Assembly: GCA_013265495.1 (NCBI GenBank)
Contig: MU059829.1
Coordinates: forward strand, 3,968,001 to 4,032,000
From: Vicugna vicugna
Taxonomy: Eukaryota
DNA: 64,000 nucleotides
Reading direction: 5' to 3'
In this document: positions 11,873 to 24,600 of the stretch, piece by piece
Numbering within the stretch: position 1 is the first letter of the stretch
Layout of the letters: each line of letters begins with the position of its first letter
The notes under the pieces: model-generated
The model's database searches: none
What the model was told of the DNA's origin: nothing
The model's input: the letters and a program-made list of their open reading frames with translations, nothing else
Position numbers and translations under genes: made by a program

Positions 11873-12979
11873 GCCCCCGCGTGTGCGCCTGGATCCGGGT
11901 CTGTGATGCTGTTCACAGTGTGCGTGTGTAGTGTGCACACACAGCCAGGAGATGAGCACGGAGAAGCCCCGTGTTCACCAGCGACAAGCGTGGGGGCTGC
12001 AGTGCTCGCTCGGGGGGCTGGCCTGTGTTTGGGCCCAGAGCTGCTGGCATCAGGACACCGTTCCTCTTGCTCTAGGGTCTGCGCCCGTGTCCCCAGCTGG
12101 GTGGCTCAGTCTCATTCCCACAGTTCCGGAGGCCAAGCGCTGAGATGGAGGGGTGGGCAGGGCTGGGCCCCTGCAGGTGCCGGGGAGGGTCTGTGCGGGG
12201 CTCCCCCTCTGGCTCCTGGCGGCTGACAGATGACCTCCGTGTCCCCAAGTCATGTCCCGTGTGCCCTCCCTCTGCTGCGTGCACACCCTCCTTCTGTGAG
12301 AGCGCCTGTCCTGTTCCCCTGGACCCACCTGGTGACCTCACTTCCACTTTGCCACCCCTGCAAAGACCCTATTTCCCAGTAGGCACATTCTAGGTGCGGG
12401 GGGTCAGGACCCTACTTTGCGGGGAGGGGACGTTGGGCCTGTGAGAGGCTCCTTCACTGAAAACCAGTGCTCGCACGAGTCCACACCCGTCCCCAGACGC
12501 CTGAGCCCCGGCGCCTCACTGGGTGATGCCGGGAGGCAGGTTTTCTTACCCGGGAGAACAGCCCTCCCGGATTTCTGTAGTTCCGTGCATTTGGCACGCT
12601 TCAGGAGCATCGTGACTGTTCCAGCTTCACGAGTTCACCTCCAAGTCGTTTCACTCCTGCACCGTGTCCTTGGAACATACAGAATGTGTGTAAATCTAAA
12701 TCCAACCAAATATCCTCAGAACTTCCGCTCTATCCGAACTGTTTCACAGACGGACGCTGTGCTGAGGGTTGCTGTCGGTACCAGGGCCTGCGTTCTCCCA
12801 GAACACCAGACTCTCACACACAAGTCCCACAGCCGGGCCGCGAGCGGCCGTGCCCTCCTCCGGCTGGCACTGCGGAGTCAGCAGAGTGGGTGGCTCGGGC
12901 ACAAGCCCGGGCGGGCGGGGCGGGGAGACCCTGCTGGGCCCCGAGAGGGCGCCGGACTCCTGCAGGTTCAGGCAGAAGG

Positions 12980-14300
12980 CGCTTTGTGGTCAGTCAGTCC
13001 GGGAAGGGAGGTTCGCATCCCAGGGAGCCCAGAGAGAGCCCCGCGGGCCCCCCGTTCCTGCGCTGGCCTCGGCCGCCTTCCTTTCTAGGTTCCTCGTTTA
13101 GGCAGAACCAGAGAATGTTGGGCGTGGGCCGGAGCGAAAATGGGAAGAGAAAGTGCGGGGACGGGGCTGTCTGAGAACAGTGTCGCCTCTGCAGTGACCC
13201 CTGGAACTCGTGACTCGGCTGGAGGCGGCGGGGGTGGGGTGGGGGCAGGACGCCCCGCACCGAGAGCTCGGGCGCAGCCGCGCTCACCCCGGGGCGCTGG
13301 GGACGGCCAGGTCGCGGCCTCGGTCGCTGTCACCTGGAAAAATGTCTGGAGCCCTGGCGTTGGGTGCGGCGAGCCCCGGTCTTGTTCCGCAAAGGCACGC
13401 GTTCGAGCGCCTGGCCGAGCCCACAGCAGAGGGGCCCTCAGACCCAAACACGCCCAGCACCAGCGCAGCCGCGGCCAAGCGGCACGGGCAGCCGCCGCCC
13501 CGCCGCGGGCCTCCGCCTCGGGGTGGCCCCCAGCACCGTGCAGCGGGGGGAGGACACCGCCTGGGGCCGCCGGAGAGCCGCCGCCGGCGCGCTCGTTCTT
13601 CGTGACCGTGTGTCCCGCCGCGTCCCCGGAATCAGCGCGTGAACGTGATTCCCGCACCTCCTGCCCCGCACGCAGCGAGTCTGCAGGGAGGACGCTGCGT
13701 CCCCGGGAGGACGGCGCACTGCGTGTCCTAGGTCGTGACCTAGCGCGTCACGCACGTGACCCGTGCTTCCTGGCCCGTGCGCCTTTCTGCCGCGCGAGGG
13801 GAGCACCCCCGCCCACAGTCGAGCCTGCCCCGTGCGCCCCCCGTGCCGCTGAGCCGAGGCCCAGGGCGGTGGCGGGTCGGCGCTCGGCCTCCCACTTAAT
13901 GCGCAGTGTTTCCGGCCCCACACCCCTGGCCCCCGTGGCCCCGCCCCGTCTCTGCACCTTCTGCCGTGAAGTGTCCCCTCCCGCACGCCAGGTCGCCTGC
14001 TTCCCCGACCTCCCCCCCACCCCCGGCTGTCCCAGGACCCCTGCGCGTCATCAGGGCCCAGCCTGTGAGCTGTCCCCGCCCCCCAACCCCGCGCTCCGGC
14101 TCGCATCCGCGCCCGCAGCCCTGGGGGCTCGCTCCCGGTGACTGCTGTGCGCACCGGGCCCAGCTGCTCCAGGTTCCCGTTGGAGGGCAGTCCGTGGAAC
14201 TCGAGGGAGGCAGAAACCAGAAAGCAACTATGTTGGATGCTCTGTAGTCACCGCTTTCCCTGAGAAGCACGAAGTCGGGCTCTCCCGCGTGCTTCCGCGG
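12980..14300. promoter_or_regulatory. Second CpG island, probable distal CLN8 (or lncRNA) promoter
   Basis: CpG-dense island about 7.5 kb upstream of the proximal one, with GC boxes, the E-box cluster at 13733-13760 and a strong minus-strand donor GGG|GTGAGC (exon end 13288). Boundaries approximate. Confidence 0.7.
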
Positions 14301-14835
14301 CAGCCCTGCCTCCCCACCACGGCCCGGCGTCTTTTCTGCAGGAGCTTCGCGGGGTCCGTCCTTAGGGTGCCCATCGGTTCAGAGCAGAGGAAGAAGCCCG
14401 GAAAATAGTAGGAAATAGCAGGGGGTGACAGGGTCTGCGGCAGAAGCCAGGCAAGGCTGGGATGCACAAGCCAGGCTCCCACCGTGGGACCACCTGCCTC
14501 TCCGGAGCAGCCGTCTTCTCTGCTGTGGGTTCAGAGGGGCTTCCAGGCCCTGGGCGCTGGTGCACACACGGCAGGTCGGGGTTCGTGATCAGAACCGCTC
14601 CGTCTGTGCCTGTCTGTCTACCCACCTGCCCACCTGCGCACCTACCTACCCATCAACATGTCTGCTCCGCCTGTCTGTGCATCCGTCTGTCCATCCATCT
14701 TCACCATCATCCAGGAGTTCACCCTGATTTCTCCTGTTTCCACCCAGCACTGCAGGTGTAATTCCCTCCTTCCGCACGGACAAACCTGACTCACGCTGAC
14801 CTCATTGTGGTAAAATGCACGTATAGTTTACGATC

Positions 14836-15276
14836 TGTCGACTGAAAGAAAATGCAGAACCTGAGAGCGGTGAGTTAACGTTTTCTCTGGGGCCGAGGGC
14901 GGGCAGCGTCTCAGAGAGCTCGAGGAGCTGCTCCCGCAAGGCGGGGGGCGGTCAGTATTACGTGCGATGTTAGCGCTGGGGAACCTGTGGTCAAGCACAC
15001 ACTTGGGAGGCTGCTGCTGGTGACGAGGGCTGGACATCACCATTAACGATGCTGGTGCGCGTCTAGGTATGAGGAGATGCAAGAATTTCGGCTCCTAAGT
15101 CTTCTCCTGCAAGTGTCTGTCTCGAGGCCTGTGCTGCCAGTTTTCCCAGAGCACGGAGCGCCTCACGCCCGTCTCCGCCTGACCTCCTTCCAGGCCGCGT
15201 GGAAGGTCGGCGGCTGCAGCGGCTCACGGTTCAGGCCGTGTGGAGGCGGATCCAAGTGTCAGTTTGTGGTTGTGCA
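14836..15276 (-). mobile_element. ERV1-type solo LTR nested in an L1MB 3' fragment
   Basis: TG..CA termini (tgtcgactgaaagaaaatgcagaacct...gttgtgca). Flanks 14800-14835 and 15277-15450 are collinear halves of an antisense L1MB 3' end (ttgtggtaaaatgcac...tttacgatc / tcttgaccattttcagtg). Family assignment is from memory. Confidence 0.55.
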
Positions 15277-16389
15277 TCTTGACCATTTTCAGTGCCAGTT
15301 CAGGGGCGATAAGGACACTGTTGCACACGTATCACTAGCATCCATCTCCCCACACTGACACTCTGTCCCCAGGAAACACGGCTCCCACCCCCTTGCCTGG
15401 CCCCCGTGCCCACACAACCTTCGAGGGTTCTCGCTCGGTTCCTCTTTCGTGACCAAACTGTCACCATGCAACCCTACTCTCCATGCCCTCAGCCAGAAGG
15501 ACCTATTGCGGGGGTGGGGGTGGGGTGCCAGGCAGGAGGAAGAGGAAGGAGCAGCAAACAGGAGGGAAAAAGGCCCATTTTTTCAGAAAATGCCACTTGG
15601 AGATGTGCACCCATCCCCGGCCGCTGCCCCCCCCCAGCTCTGCTCCAGCACCAGCTCCCCCCTGAAGCCCCAGCCCCAGCCCAGGGACAAGCATCTCTTC
15701 CCAGCTCTCCCCACCTGGGCGGGGGATGGGCGGGGCGATGGGGACCCCCTCCTGCCTGCATCCCCAACTCCTACACCCCCAGGTCTGCCTGCGACCCCTG
15801 CCCCCCCCACCCCAGTTCCTCTGCTTCCACGGCTGCTGCAGGGAGATCTGCGCCCTGGCGTCCTGCTCTCTGCGCGCCTGTGGCTTTTCTCTGCATCTCC
15901 AGCCATCTGACCGAGGGCCCGAGGTGCGGCTCTCTCCACCCACCCGTCCTCTCCGTCCAGGTGCTTCCTGACTTTGGCTGGTTTTAAGAGCATCCTTGGC
16001 CATTTTCTCTGCAGTATTTCTTTGGCCCCACCCACTTCCTCCTCTTCTTGAGGGACCCTGACTCCCTGCATGTTTGACCTGCTCGCTGCCCCATGCCCTG
16101 TGCCTCTGATGCTCTGCCCTATCCCCTGATCCACACCCTATTTCTCCACCTGTCTCCATCCCACAAATTCTTCTGAGCTGCAGGCCCTGTTCCTCATCCC
16201 TCCTTTGCTTTGCACAATCTTTCTTTCTAGAACATATACATGCATACATGTATACACACACAATGCTCACTTCTCCAGTGAACCCTCCATCAGGCACGTG
16301 TATTTTCAAGGAGCATACCTCACAACCCTGGAATTCCCGAGGAACTGTTTCTGTTCCTTTTTTTCTAACTTTTTAAAAGTTAAAAGAAA

Positions 16390-16517
16390 TTTTTTTGGGG
16401 GGGAGAGGTAATTAGGTTTATTTATTTATTTATTTTTGGAGGAGGCCCTGGGGATTGAACACAGGCCCTCACGCCGGATAAGCACACGCTCTGCCGCTTG
16501 AGCTGTACCTGCCCCCT
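16390..16517 (-). mobile_element. Camelid tRNA-derived SINE (vic-1-like)
   Basis: gaggtaattaggtttatttatttattt tail plus ggggattgaacacagg...gcttgagctgtacctgccccc (reverse-complemented B and A boxes). Confidence 0.85.
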
Positions 16518-17763
16518 CTAATCTCTGCTCTCCTCTCTTGGCTTTTCATGATTTTCTTCTTGCACTTTCTCTGCGAAGTAGTTCTGACTGAGTGTCGACG
16601 ACCTGAGGCTCGGGCGTGCTCTCCTCTGGGGCCTGGGGCTCTCGCCGGCCTGTGAGTGGGCGAATTGTTCAGTCCAGTCGGGCCTGAGCTGCTGGGGGCT
16701 GGGTTTCAGGGTTTTTCTTTTTCTTTTTCTTTTTTCTTTTTGTTAGAGACTGAATAGTGTCTTTGTTTTGTGTTTAGAATCATGAATTAGAAATTACTCT
16801 GTATGAGGGAGTGGGTTCAAAGTGATTAGAAAAATGTGAGCTCAAAGCTTAACATTCTCAAACTGTGGCAGCAAGTAAAGGCAGAGAGAAAGCCCTCAGT
16901 TCAGAGGTCAGAGGTCAGAGTGGGGTGAGCAGGGCCTGGGGGGAAAGAGGTGGGGGGGACAGCGGTCAGCGAGGCTGGAGGACCAGCTGCAGGATGGGGG
17001 AGCTCACTGAGCTTTGTCACCAACGTTATTTTAAGGCCCAGCGCATTCCTTATTTTTCTTCTTTTTTAAAGAACAAAGCAACCAAATTAAAGTGGGGAAG
17101 GGGCTTTGTGCTCACCTCCAGCCTTGAGCCTGGGCCAGGGCACCCCCCCCTTTCTTCCCTGACGTGCAGCGTGATTAAAATGCTGGAAACATGAACGTGG
17201 CCTAAACGTAATGAAAAGGTTTATGACTTAAAACAGGGATTAAATCTCCAATCTCTAGAACCACAAGCTGCCGTGGAAACTCCCCAACAGGGTTTGCACA
17301 GCACGTGTGCCAGGTTCACCTCTGCGGTCTACACTGCCTTCTCCAGACACGCCCGGTCTGCAGCGGGAGTGAGAGGCTGGGGTGGGCGCGCTCCGTCCGC
17401 TGGTGTTTTGCACACGAGGAATAGCTGGTCAGAGGCGCAGTGATTGGCTGCTTTTGACTAAGGGTTAAAATAAAAGACTCGTCATCTCCTGCTGTGCGTC
17501 CCGTGTTGATTTTCTTATTAATCCAACACAGGGGTCCGCTCGCTGGGTCCTCTGCTGTGGTTACAGAATGTGACACTTCGTGTTTACCAGGCAACGGCAG
17601 ATTTGTGACAGCGTGGATTGGACTGCGCATCTTCTGAAGTGCAGTGGCTTTTCGAGTCCGGGTTTGGTGAGCATCCTGGATCAAAAGTCGACATAAACAT
17701 CACATTGACTTTATCTGTTAAAAATCAGAGTTTGAAGGCAGTTTCCAGGATCCCGGGGAGGCT

Positions 17764-17796
17764 GCTGCCCTCTGGTGGCGGGTCCTGGCGCTGCAG
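17764..17796 (-). promoter_or_regulatory. CTCF site, core plus upstream motif
   Basis: Minus strand reads cTGCAG-cgccaggacccg-CCACCAGAGGGCAGC: consensus core (17778-17764) with TGCAG 12 nt upstream. Confidence 0.7.
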
Positions 17797-20700
17797 CGCC
17801 ATCCACCTGCTGTCTGGGGAGTTGGATTCCATTGCCCCAAGTCGCCCCCCACCCCCCGGCAGCTGTAACCAACTGTGTCTCTTTAGAAACGTCGTCGGCC
17901 ATGTGCAGCTCCTTATGGTGCAAATCAGACTTGCTAGGTGTCACGTAATTCAGGTGAAGGCGGCCTGTCTGGCCTGCATGGTCTTCACGTGGCTCGGAGG
18001 AAGCAGGTGCCTTGGCTCACGTGTGTGCAGGGAGTTGCTCAGCTCAGAAGCCCGCCCCGGCCTCACCTCGATTCATCCCGCTCACAGAGAGGACCTGACG
18101 CTCTTTCCCAGGGCCACTGCTGTTGAGACGGAGGTGTGAGGAGCTCCAGAATCTCCTGGGTTTGGAACATCTGCAGAAACATCGTCTTTGAATACAGTTA
18201 AAACAAGCTCGCACAGAGCTAAGCATTTTAAGTATTTCCTAAGTTTTTACAAAATTGCAGGTCCGTGTCCTTCGTGAGTATAAGGTCACCCAGAAAGGCT
18301 GGGCATGGGGCCCTTGGTGGGGGGGCTGGAGAAGGTCAAAGATGCGCCAAGATGAGATGCAGTTAGTGAAGGAAAGTCACCTGTGACTCCCAGGCACCCC
18401 GTCTGAGGACCTGCTCTCGCCCGCGTGGTGTGGGGGCTGGCCTCCCTCTGTGGCTCAGGTCGCAGTGGCCCAGCAGACTCGACCTTGGCAGTGACCGCGG
18501 GAAGGAAATCGTGGGGCACAGAAACAGAGAAAAGGTGATGACGAGACAGAGGTGGAAGAACCCGTCCCCCGATGACCCCACTCAGGACGGGCACCTGCTT
18601 CAGAACAGAAGCTTCCCCCGGGGAGGCGTCCTCCAGGGCCGTCCCCATGCCTGCGCGTCCTCCCCGGCTGTGCCGAGAGGGGCACGCCCCCCTGCTGCTT
18701 CCAGGGCCATCTCTCAGGCCGAGCTCACTGCCTGTAACCTTGGGGGTGAGGCAGCGTCCCCCGCGGGGACCCAGAGCAGCCCTCCTTAGGGTCGCCCATG
18801 AGAAAGGGGCCCCCAAGTTCCCCGTCCCGCTCACGGCCTCCACCCGCCACCTTGCACGGCCCCTCAGCAGTCAGGGCAGACGTCCCGTGTAGGGAGAAAC
18901 CGGACTTTCTGGTGCAGAAGGTTCGCAGCTTTGACCACCTCTGATGAACCAATAACCGGCTAATCATTAGCTTGGAAGCAAAGCGGAGGGAAACCTGTGC
19001 CCCAGACAGACCCAGCGTTGTTTTGGAGAAAGTCTGCCTAGTGTCTGAACATAAGTTCCAGGTCCGTGACTAGCTCATCCGCAGGGCGGCTTCCAGGACG
19101 TGAATGTGGTTTAATAAATATTTACTGGATCAGCAAGTGACCCCCGGAGACGCAGGGGGAGGGGGCCCATCGCTCATCCAGCTGGTCGCCCACGAGGGAA
19201 TGTCAGAATATTGCAAATGGAGGCTCAGTATCTTGGGGAGCCAGAGACAGAAAGAGAAGTTCACGTATTCCTTGCTCAGAGGCTCACATCTGACCCCAAG
19301 CCAGTAAACAAACGCACCCTGCCCAGTGTGACAACACTGATACAGGCCAAGCGCCATCTTGGGAGGAGAAGGGAGAAGGTGGCAGGTTCTCTGGGAAGCA
19401 GGAGGCGCTCCAAGGTGATGGGAGGCAGGCGTGGATGACGTGTATGCCGGGGACTGCTGGTCCGTTGTGACAGCGGGGAAGCCGTGCACAGCGGGCTGTG
19501 GGAAGGGGTTCAGGTGATGAAGAGTCTTGTGTGATGAGGAGCCACTGAACATCCAATCAGGAGCCACCACAGGGGGATCCGAATGTCAGGAATGGCTTTT
19601 GGACGGGGCAGGGCGGGCCCAAGGAAACATCGATGGTTTGTGACACGAGACAGGGTCCCGGGGACTGCATGACTGTCATGATCAGGGAGACAAACACGCC
19701 AGGGCGCAGGTGCCCCCACGGCTCAGTGTCCGGCAGGACCCGCGTGTGCAGAGGGCAGGGGCGGCTGCACTGGCTGGGGCTGGAGAGAGGGCAGGGAGCC
19801 CTGGGGCCTCGGAGAGGAGGCGTCCCCTCAGGCCTTTGAGCACGGGGTGTCTGCCCAGAGGCTGGGCGCGGGGCAGGCGGGGCCGAGGGACGCACACGAT
19901 GGTCCCTGTGTTTTGAAGGGGTCTGCATTGTCCCTGAATCTCGGTTTGCAAAGCCTGTTGTGGGTATAAAGTTGATTTTTTCGCCCTTGAATGGTAGACG
20001 ACATCGCAGCGTAATGAGATAGCTTGCAAATGGGTTTTCTTCAGCTGGTTTGGGGGGAGTCCATCTGGTCAGTTTTAAACCACAAAAGTGGTATGGAACG
20101 TCCCCAAGAATTCCAGGCAGTGCGATTTGTCTGGACGCCAAAGCTCGAACCCGTGTCTTCCAAAATCTTCGCTTTCTTCCCGAAACACCTGAGACTCGTT
20201 CTTCACCTTGATTAAGAGGCGACGACACTTCTCCAAGCTTAGTAGGTGACGATGACATCAGAGCTCACGAGGCAAAACCGAACAAACGAGGTGCGGCCGC
20301 CTTTCCCGCGTCCTGCTTTCCACAAGGCAGCTCTTAAAGCTTCGAGGAATGAACACCAGCTGAAAACAGGACAGTCGTTGCACCTGCCTTTTCTAGTCAC
20401 GGCTGCTCGCTTGGGTGGTGGCGGTTCTGGTGAACAGGCTGTTTTGGGGGAGCGCTTTGGTTGGCGGGACGACGGAGTAGCCAGGACGAGGTAGCCAGGA
20501 GGTGACCGCCGCCCTCCTCCAGCCCCCCTGCCGCCGGCGTCCTCACCCTGGGCTACGCGTGTTACAGCCGGCGAACCGGCACCCACGGAGTTAAAGTGAG
20601 CGTCAGGTACCTCCTGGGCGTGTTCCCGGGCCCCTGGGAAAAGCCTTAAGCTGCACGTGGGTGGACAGAAGCACAAAGCTGTCGGCGAAATGCCCAACCA

Positions 20701-21664
20701 GAGGAAGGGTTCTGGGCCTGGGGTGTTACAGAAAGAAACAGGGAGGATGAAGGTGGGGAGGCTGGGTACATGCCCTCGGTCTGGGTAGAAAAGGTTTCCT
20801 CAAACTGACAGCTCGTAAGTCACGCTTGTTCTAAAGTGAGTTGACTGGAAGGGACCAGGGAGTGGGCCCAGTCTCCCGAGCAGCCCTCTCACCTGGGACT
20901 GGCGCACTTCGGCAGGACTTCCCAGCCGGCTGCACACGGCGCCCTGAGGGGCCGTGGCCCCGCGTGTCCTGACCCTGGTCGGAGAGACGCCTCCAGGCCT
21001 CACGGAGGCCGCAGCCGGAGGAGGGAGGGAGACAGTGGAGAAGATGCGGGGAGCAGAGTCGGGACACGCCCGGGGCAGGAGCTGCGGCCCAGCGTCCATC
21101 GTGAGGATGGGTGTCCACGCTCCCCGGAGGGGGAGGGCAGGGAGCCGCCTGCAGGGACGCCCCCCCAGGGAGGCAGTGAGGCTAAGGAGCCCCAGGGCGA
21201 GAAGGACGCCCAGGTGCCCCGGTCAGCTTGGTGGCTGCTGGGCTGCTGGGCCGGCGGGGGGCAGCTGCCTGAGCGGAGCAGCCCCCCTCCCCGGGCCAGG
21301 CGGCAGCACCCCTCCCCCACGGAGCCGGCCGTGCAGACCCGGCACGCCACCTGCCTGGCCCCACGGGCACTCCACCTGACACCCCCTGCCTGCCGCCACT
21401 CAGGAGAACCTAGAACGAGCATTAACTCAATACCGTGGCTTTTACTGGTTTTAAACTCATTTGACTCTGTGCCGTTTTGCACATGGAACCTGGAGCCGTC
21501 AGAAGTGTCCACTCTTCTTAGCAGAGAGCGAGCTTGGGGCTATGTCAACAATGAAGTAGACACCGGAGGACGCGTGCTGCTGCCTCCAGATAAAACTCTT
21601 TGGTCTCTATATAACTTCCCTGAATTCAAAATAACACGAGAATTCACGCCAATAAAAAGTAAAC

Positions 21665-24600
21665 GTTGCTTTTCTCAAAAAATTTAATTGCAGAACTATT
21701 TACAGGAGGTGAAGGTCAGCAGAACAGACACCAGCCGAGAGCGGCTTCGTCACGGAGGCGCGGGCAGCGGTGAGCGCGTCTTCCTTGGAATCAGCTGAGG
21801 GTGGAACTGAAGTCGGGGGAGAGGAACCCAACGACACAATCCTCAGATCCCGCGTGTGACGCGTGGCACCTGGACGAGACGCGGTCGACGAGGAGGAACG
21901 GGTGCGAGCGGCGCCCGGACGTTCAGAGAAGGCATCCTGCATGCTACTAGGTAGAGGTTATCAAAAGAACCATAAAAGCGTGAGAAAGAGGGTTACATAA
22001 AATAGCTCAGTCCCAGTGAAGAGAAACTCTGTACAGAGGGTGGATGTTTGGCACTCTGTGCATCTCGCTGCTGACATGGTTTCGTATGTATATATATTCA
22101 TATATATATTTTTATATACGTCTTTTTTAAACGTTAACTAAACAGCTAGTTTCCTGACACTAACATTCCTTGAATTTCTGTGAGAGGCATTTACTAGTCC
22201 TTAGGCCACACCTGGGTACTCTGGCAGGTGACGTGGGAGGCAGGTGAATGGATGGTCCCTGAACAGGGAAGGCCTGGGGGGGGTGCTTAGCGTCCGGAGA
22301 GAAGAGCCAGAAGTCGCCTCCGCGTCCCTCCGGGGTGGGGGGGCGCCTTTTCGAGTTTGGCAGGACAGTTACAAAGTGCAGGGAGGGGGGCGGACATGCT
22401 GAGCCCTTTCAGAGCGATGTGACCTCAGAGCGGGACTGGGGCTGGCCGGTGGGGGGCGGGGGGGGGCAGAGAGCGGCGAGTGGCGTCGGTTAGGTACCAT
22501 GATCAGACCTGGGGCTCCTTCCTGCACGTGAGCCAGTGCCAACGAGCATCCTCCCTAGTCTACCTGAGCAGACACGCGAGCGCGGGGAACCTGCCACGAC
22601 CCTCCCCCGGTCACCGTGCTCCTCCACCGAGCCCGGGGAAGCCGGGCCCCAAGGCTTGCGGGTTCGGAATAAGCACCCATGATGAAGAGTCACATAAAAC
22701 CTCAGAAGGCAGGGAGGCGAGCCTCTGCTACCTCGGTGTGTGTAGATACAAAATCTTTAAAAAGCAGTGTTGCCGCAGGTAACTAACATTTCCTCTGCAA
22801 AGAGGTCACCTGTCAAGGGTTTGGACTGAAACTTGGAATCACTTCTAACGCTGGACAAAGACACCGGGGGGAGGACAGCAATGCATCGCACCAGGCAGGT
22901 CTCGCGGTGTGGCGAGGATGAGACGGCTGGGTCTTGGGCCGTCCCCGCGGACCCCTGCCGCGCCCCGTGGAGTGTGCAATGGGGTTGTTGCACAAAGCCA
23001 GAGCTCCGGGGCCCGCCTGACCAACCTTCAGCAACTTGACTCCGTTCTTGGCGTGGTCCCACTTGCTTAGCGCTCTGCTTCCAGATGATTTTCTCTTTAT
23101 CACTTAAAGGTTTAGCGTAACATCTCCTCATTTCATCTAAGACGCAGCTGAGCTTAAGCAATGGTGGAAACACCACCTCATCCTGGCTGGGGCCGGGTTC
23201 CTGTTCATGGAAACATCCAGAAACAATGGATGTCGACGTCAGAAGGAACGGACGGGTGCCCCCTGGAGCCCCGCTCCTTTCCCAAGCCGTCGAACGGCTT
23301 GTGGGCAGGTGCCCAGCCCAGACAGTCTTCCCAAGAGAGGGTCCCGCGTCCGGGGGTCCTGCTGGTGTCGGAGATGCGCATCGTCCGACTCGGCTCTCAC
23401 AGCGTCCCACACAGGAGGGGCTGTGGGCGTCAGCTCTCACTGAACGGACACTTGCACCCCAGACTCCAGGGAGCTCAGAGGACTTCAGGGTCTTCAGTCA
23501 CTGCAGAGCGTCTGTGAGGGCGACGGACGGGAGGAAGCCGGGACATGGACTTGAGACATGGGGGGGGGCGATGTCCGAACAGAGAGGGGGCGCTCTGGGC
23601 CTCTCCCGAGCCCAAGACCCTCCTCAGCCGCGCTGCGCCGAGGGGCACCGCCCCTCCGGCGTCCTGTCCGCCGCCCACCTTTATTGCCGCTACCCACGCA
23701 GTAAGAGTGACGCGGCTGTGAAGGCACAGGGCCGTGACGTGACCTTGGCGGGTCTATGACATGTGGTGCAGGGGCGCTGAGTGAGCCCCTTCCACTAGTG
23801 GTCAAGCACCCCTACCAGCCGGCAGCCGGGTTCCCAGCAGCCTGAGGCTTTCTGGTGTATTTTCCCATTTTGGACCCGGTATTGGACCAAAACATTCCCA
23901 CAAGAGGAGACAAACAGGCAGATTAAAAACGAAAGGGAATCCTCGGGGGGCTCTAAGGGGCCACTGTTTGAGAACCGCCATCTGCAGCTACCTGACTGTA
24001 GGTTAGATTTGCACTAGAAAGAAAAAAATCGGGGTTTCAGGCCTTGAGAAGGAAGACAGCTGGGACGGGACCACGGGAGAAAGTGCAGAACTGAGCCATC
24101 TGGCCGGGTTCGGGGAGACCTTTCAGAAGGGGAGGAGACGCGGGGTCCTGGCGCCCTCCCCGGGCCGGAGCGGTTTCGGCAGCACGTGGACATCCGCGGT
24201 GGATGCGATCCTGCCTGCCCGGCTGAGGGTCCCCTGGACCCGGCGCTGGTGACCGTGGTCCACAGCGGACGTACACGTTCTTGAGTTGATCCCCACGTGG
24301 CGTGTGGGCCCTGCGCCATCGAAGGTTCTGGAACCTGACAGAACTCTGAACGGGGCTGAAAAGGCAGCTCGGACCTTGGCGTGCCTCCCCGGAGACGCTG
24401 CAGTGGCCTCGAGGTGGCTCTGACCTGACCCGCTTGCGGCCAGCAGGACAGGCTTCCTGGTGGGGACGCTATCCCTCTCTCCCACCACCCGCCTCGCCCC
24501 CGACAGGCTTGGCCCAAACCCAAGGGCTGCTTCGCAGGGCCCACGTTCAAGAGTCACTCCGGGCACTTTGCCCAAACGTCTGCGGTGGGGCTTCTCTTTC

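Noticed and set aside
13085-14154. 333-aa and 238-aa ORFs
   Set aside because: Same GC artefact in the distal CpG island.
19557-20258. 233-aa minus-strand ORF with protein-like middle section (GILGDVPYHFCGLKL...)
   Set aside because: I recognise no family, splice structure or retrocopy hallmarks. A tBLASTn/Dfam search would settle whether it is an old transposon or retrocopy.
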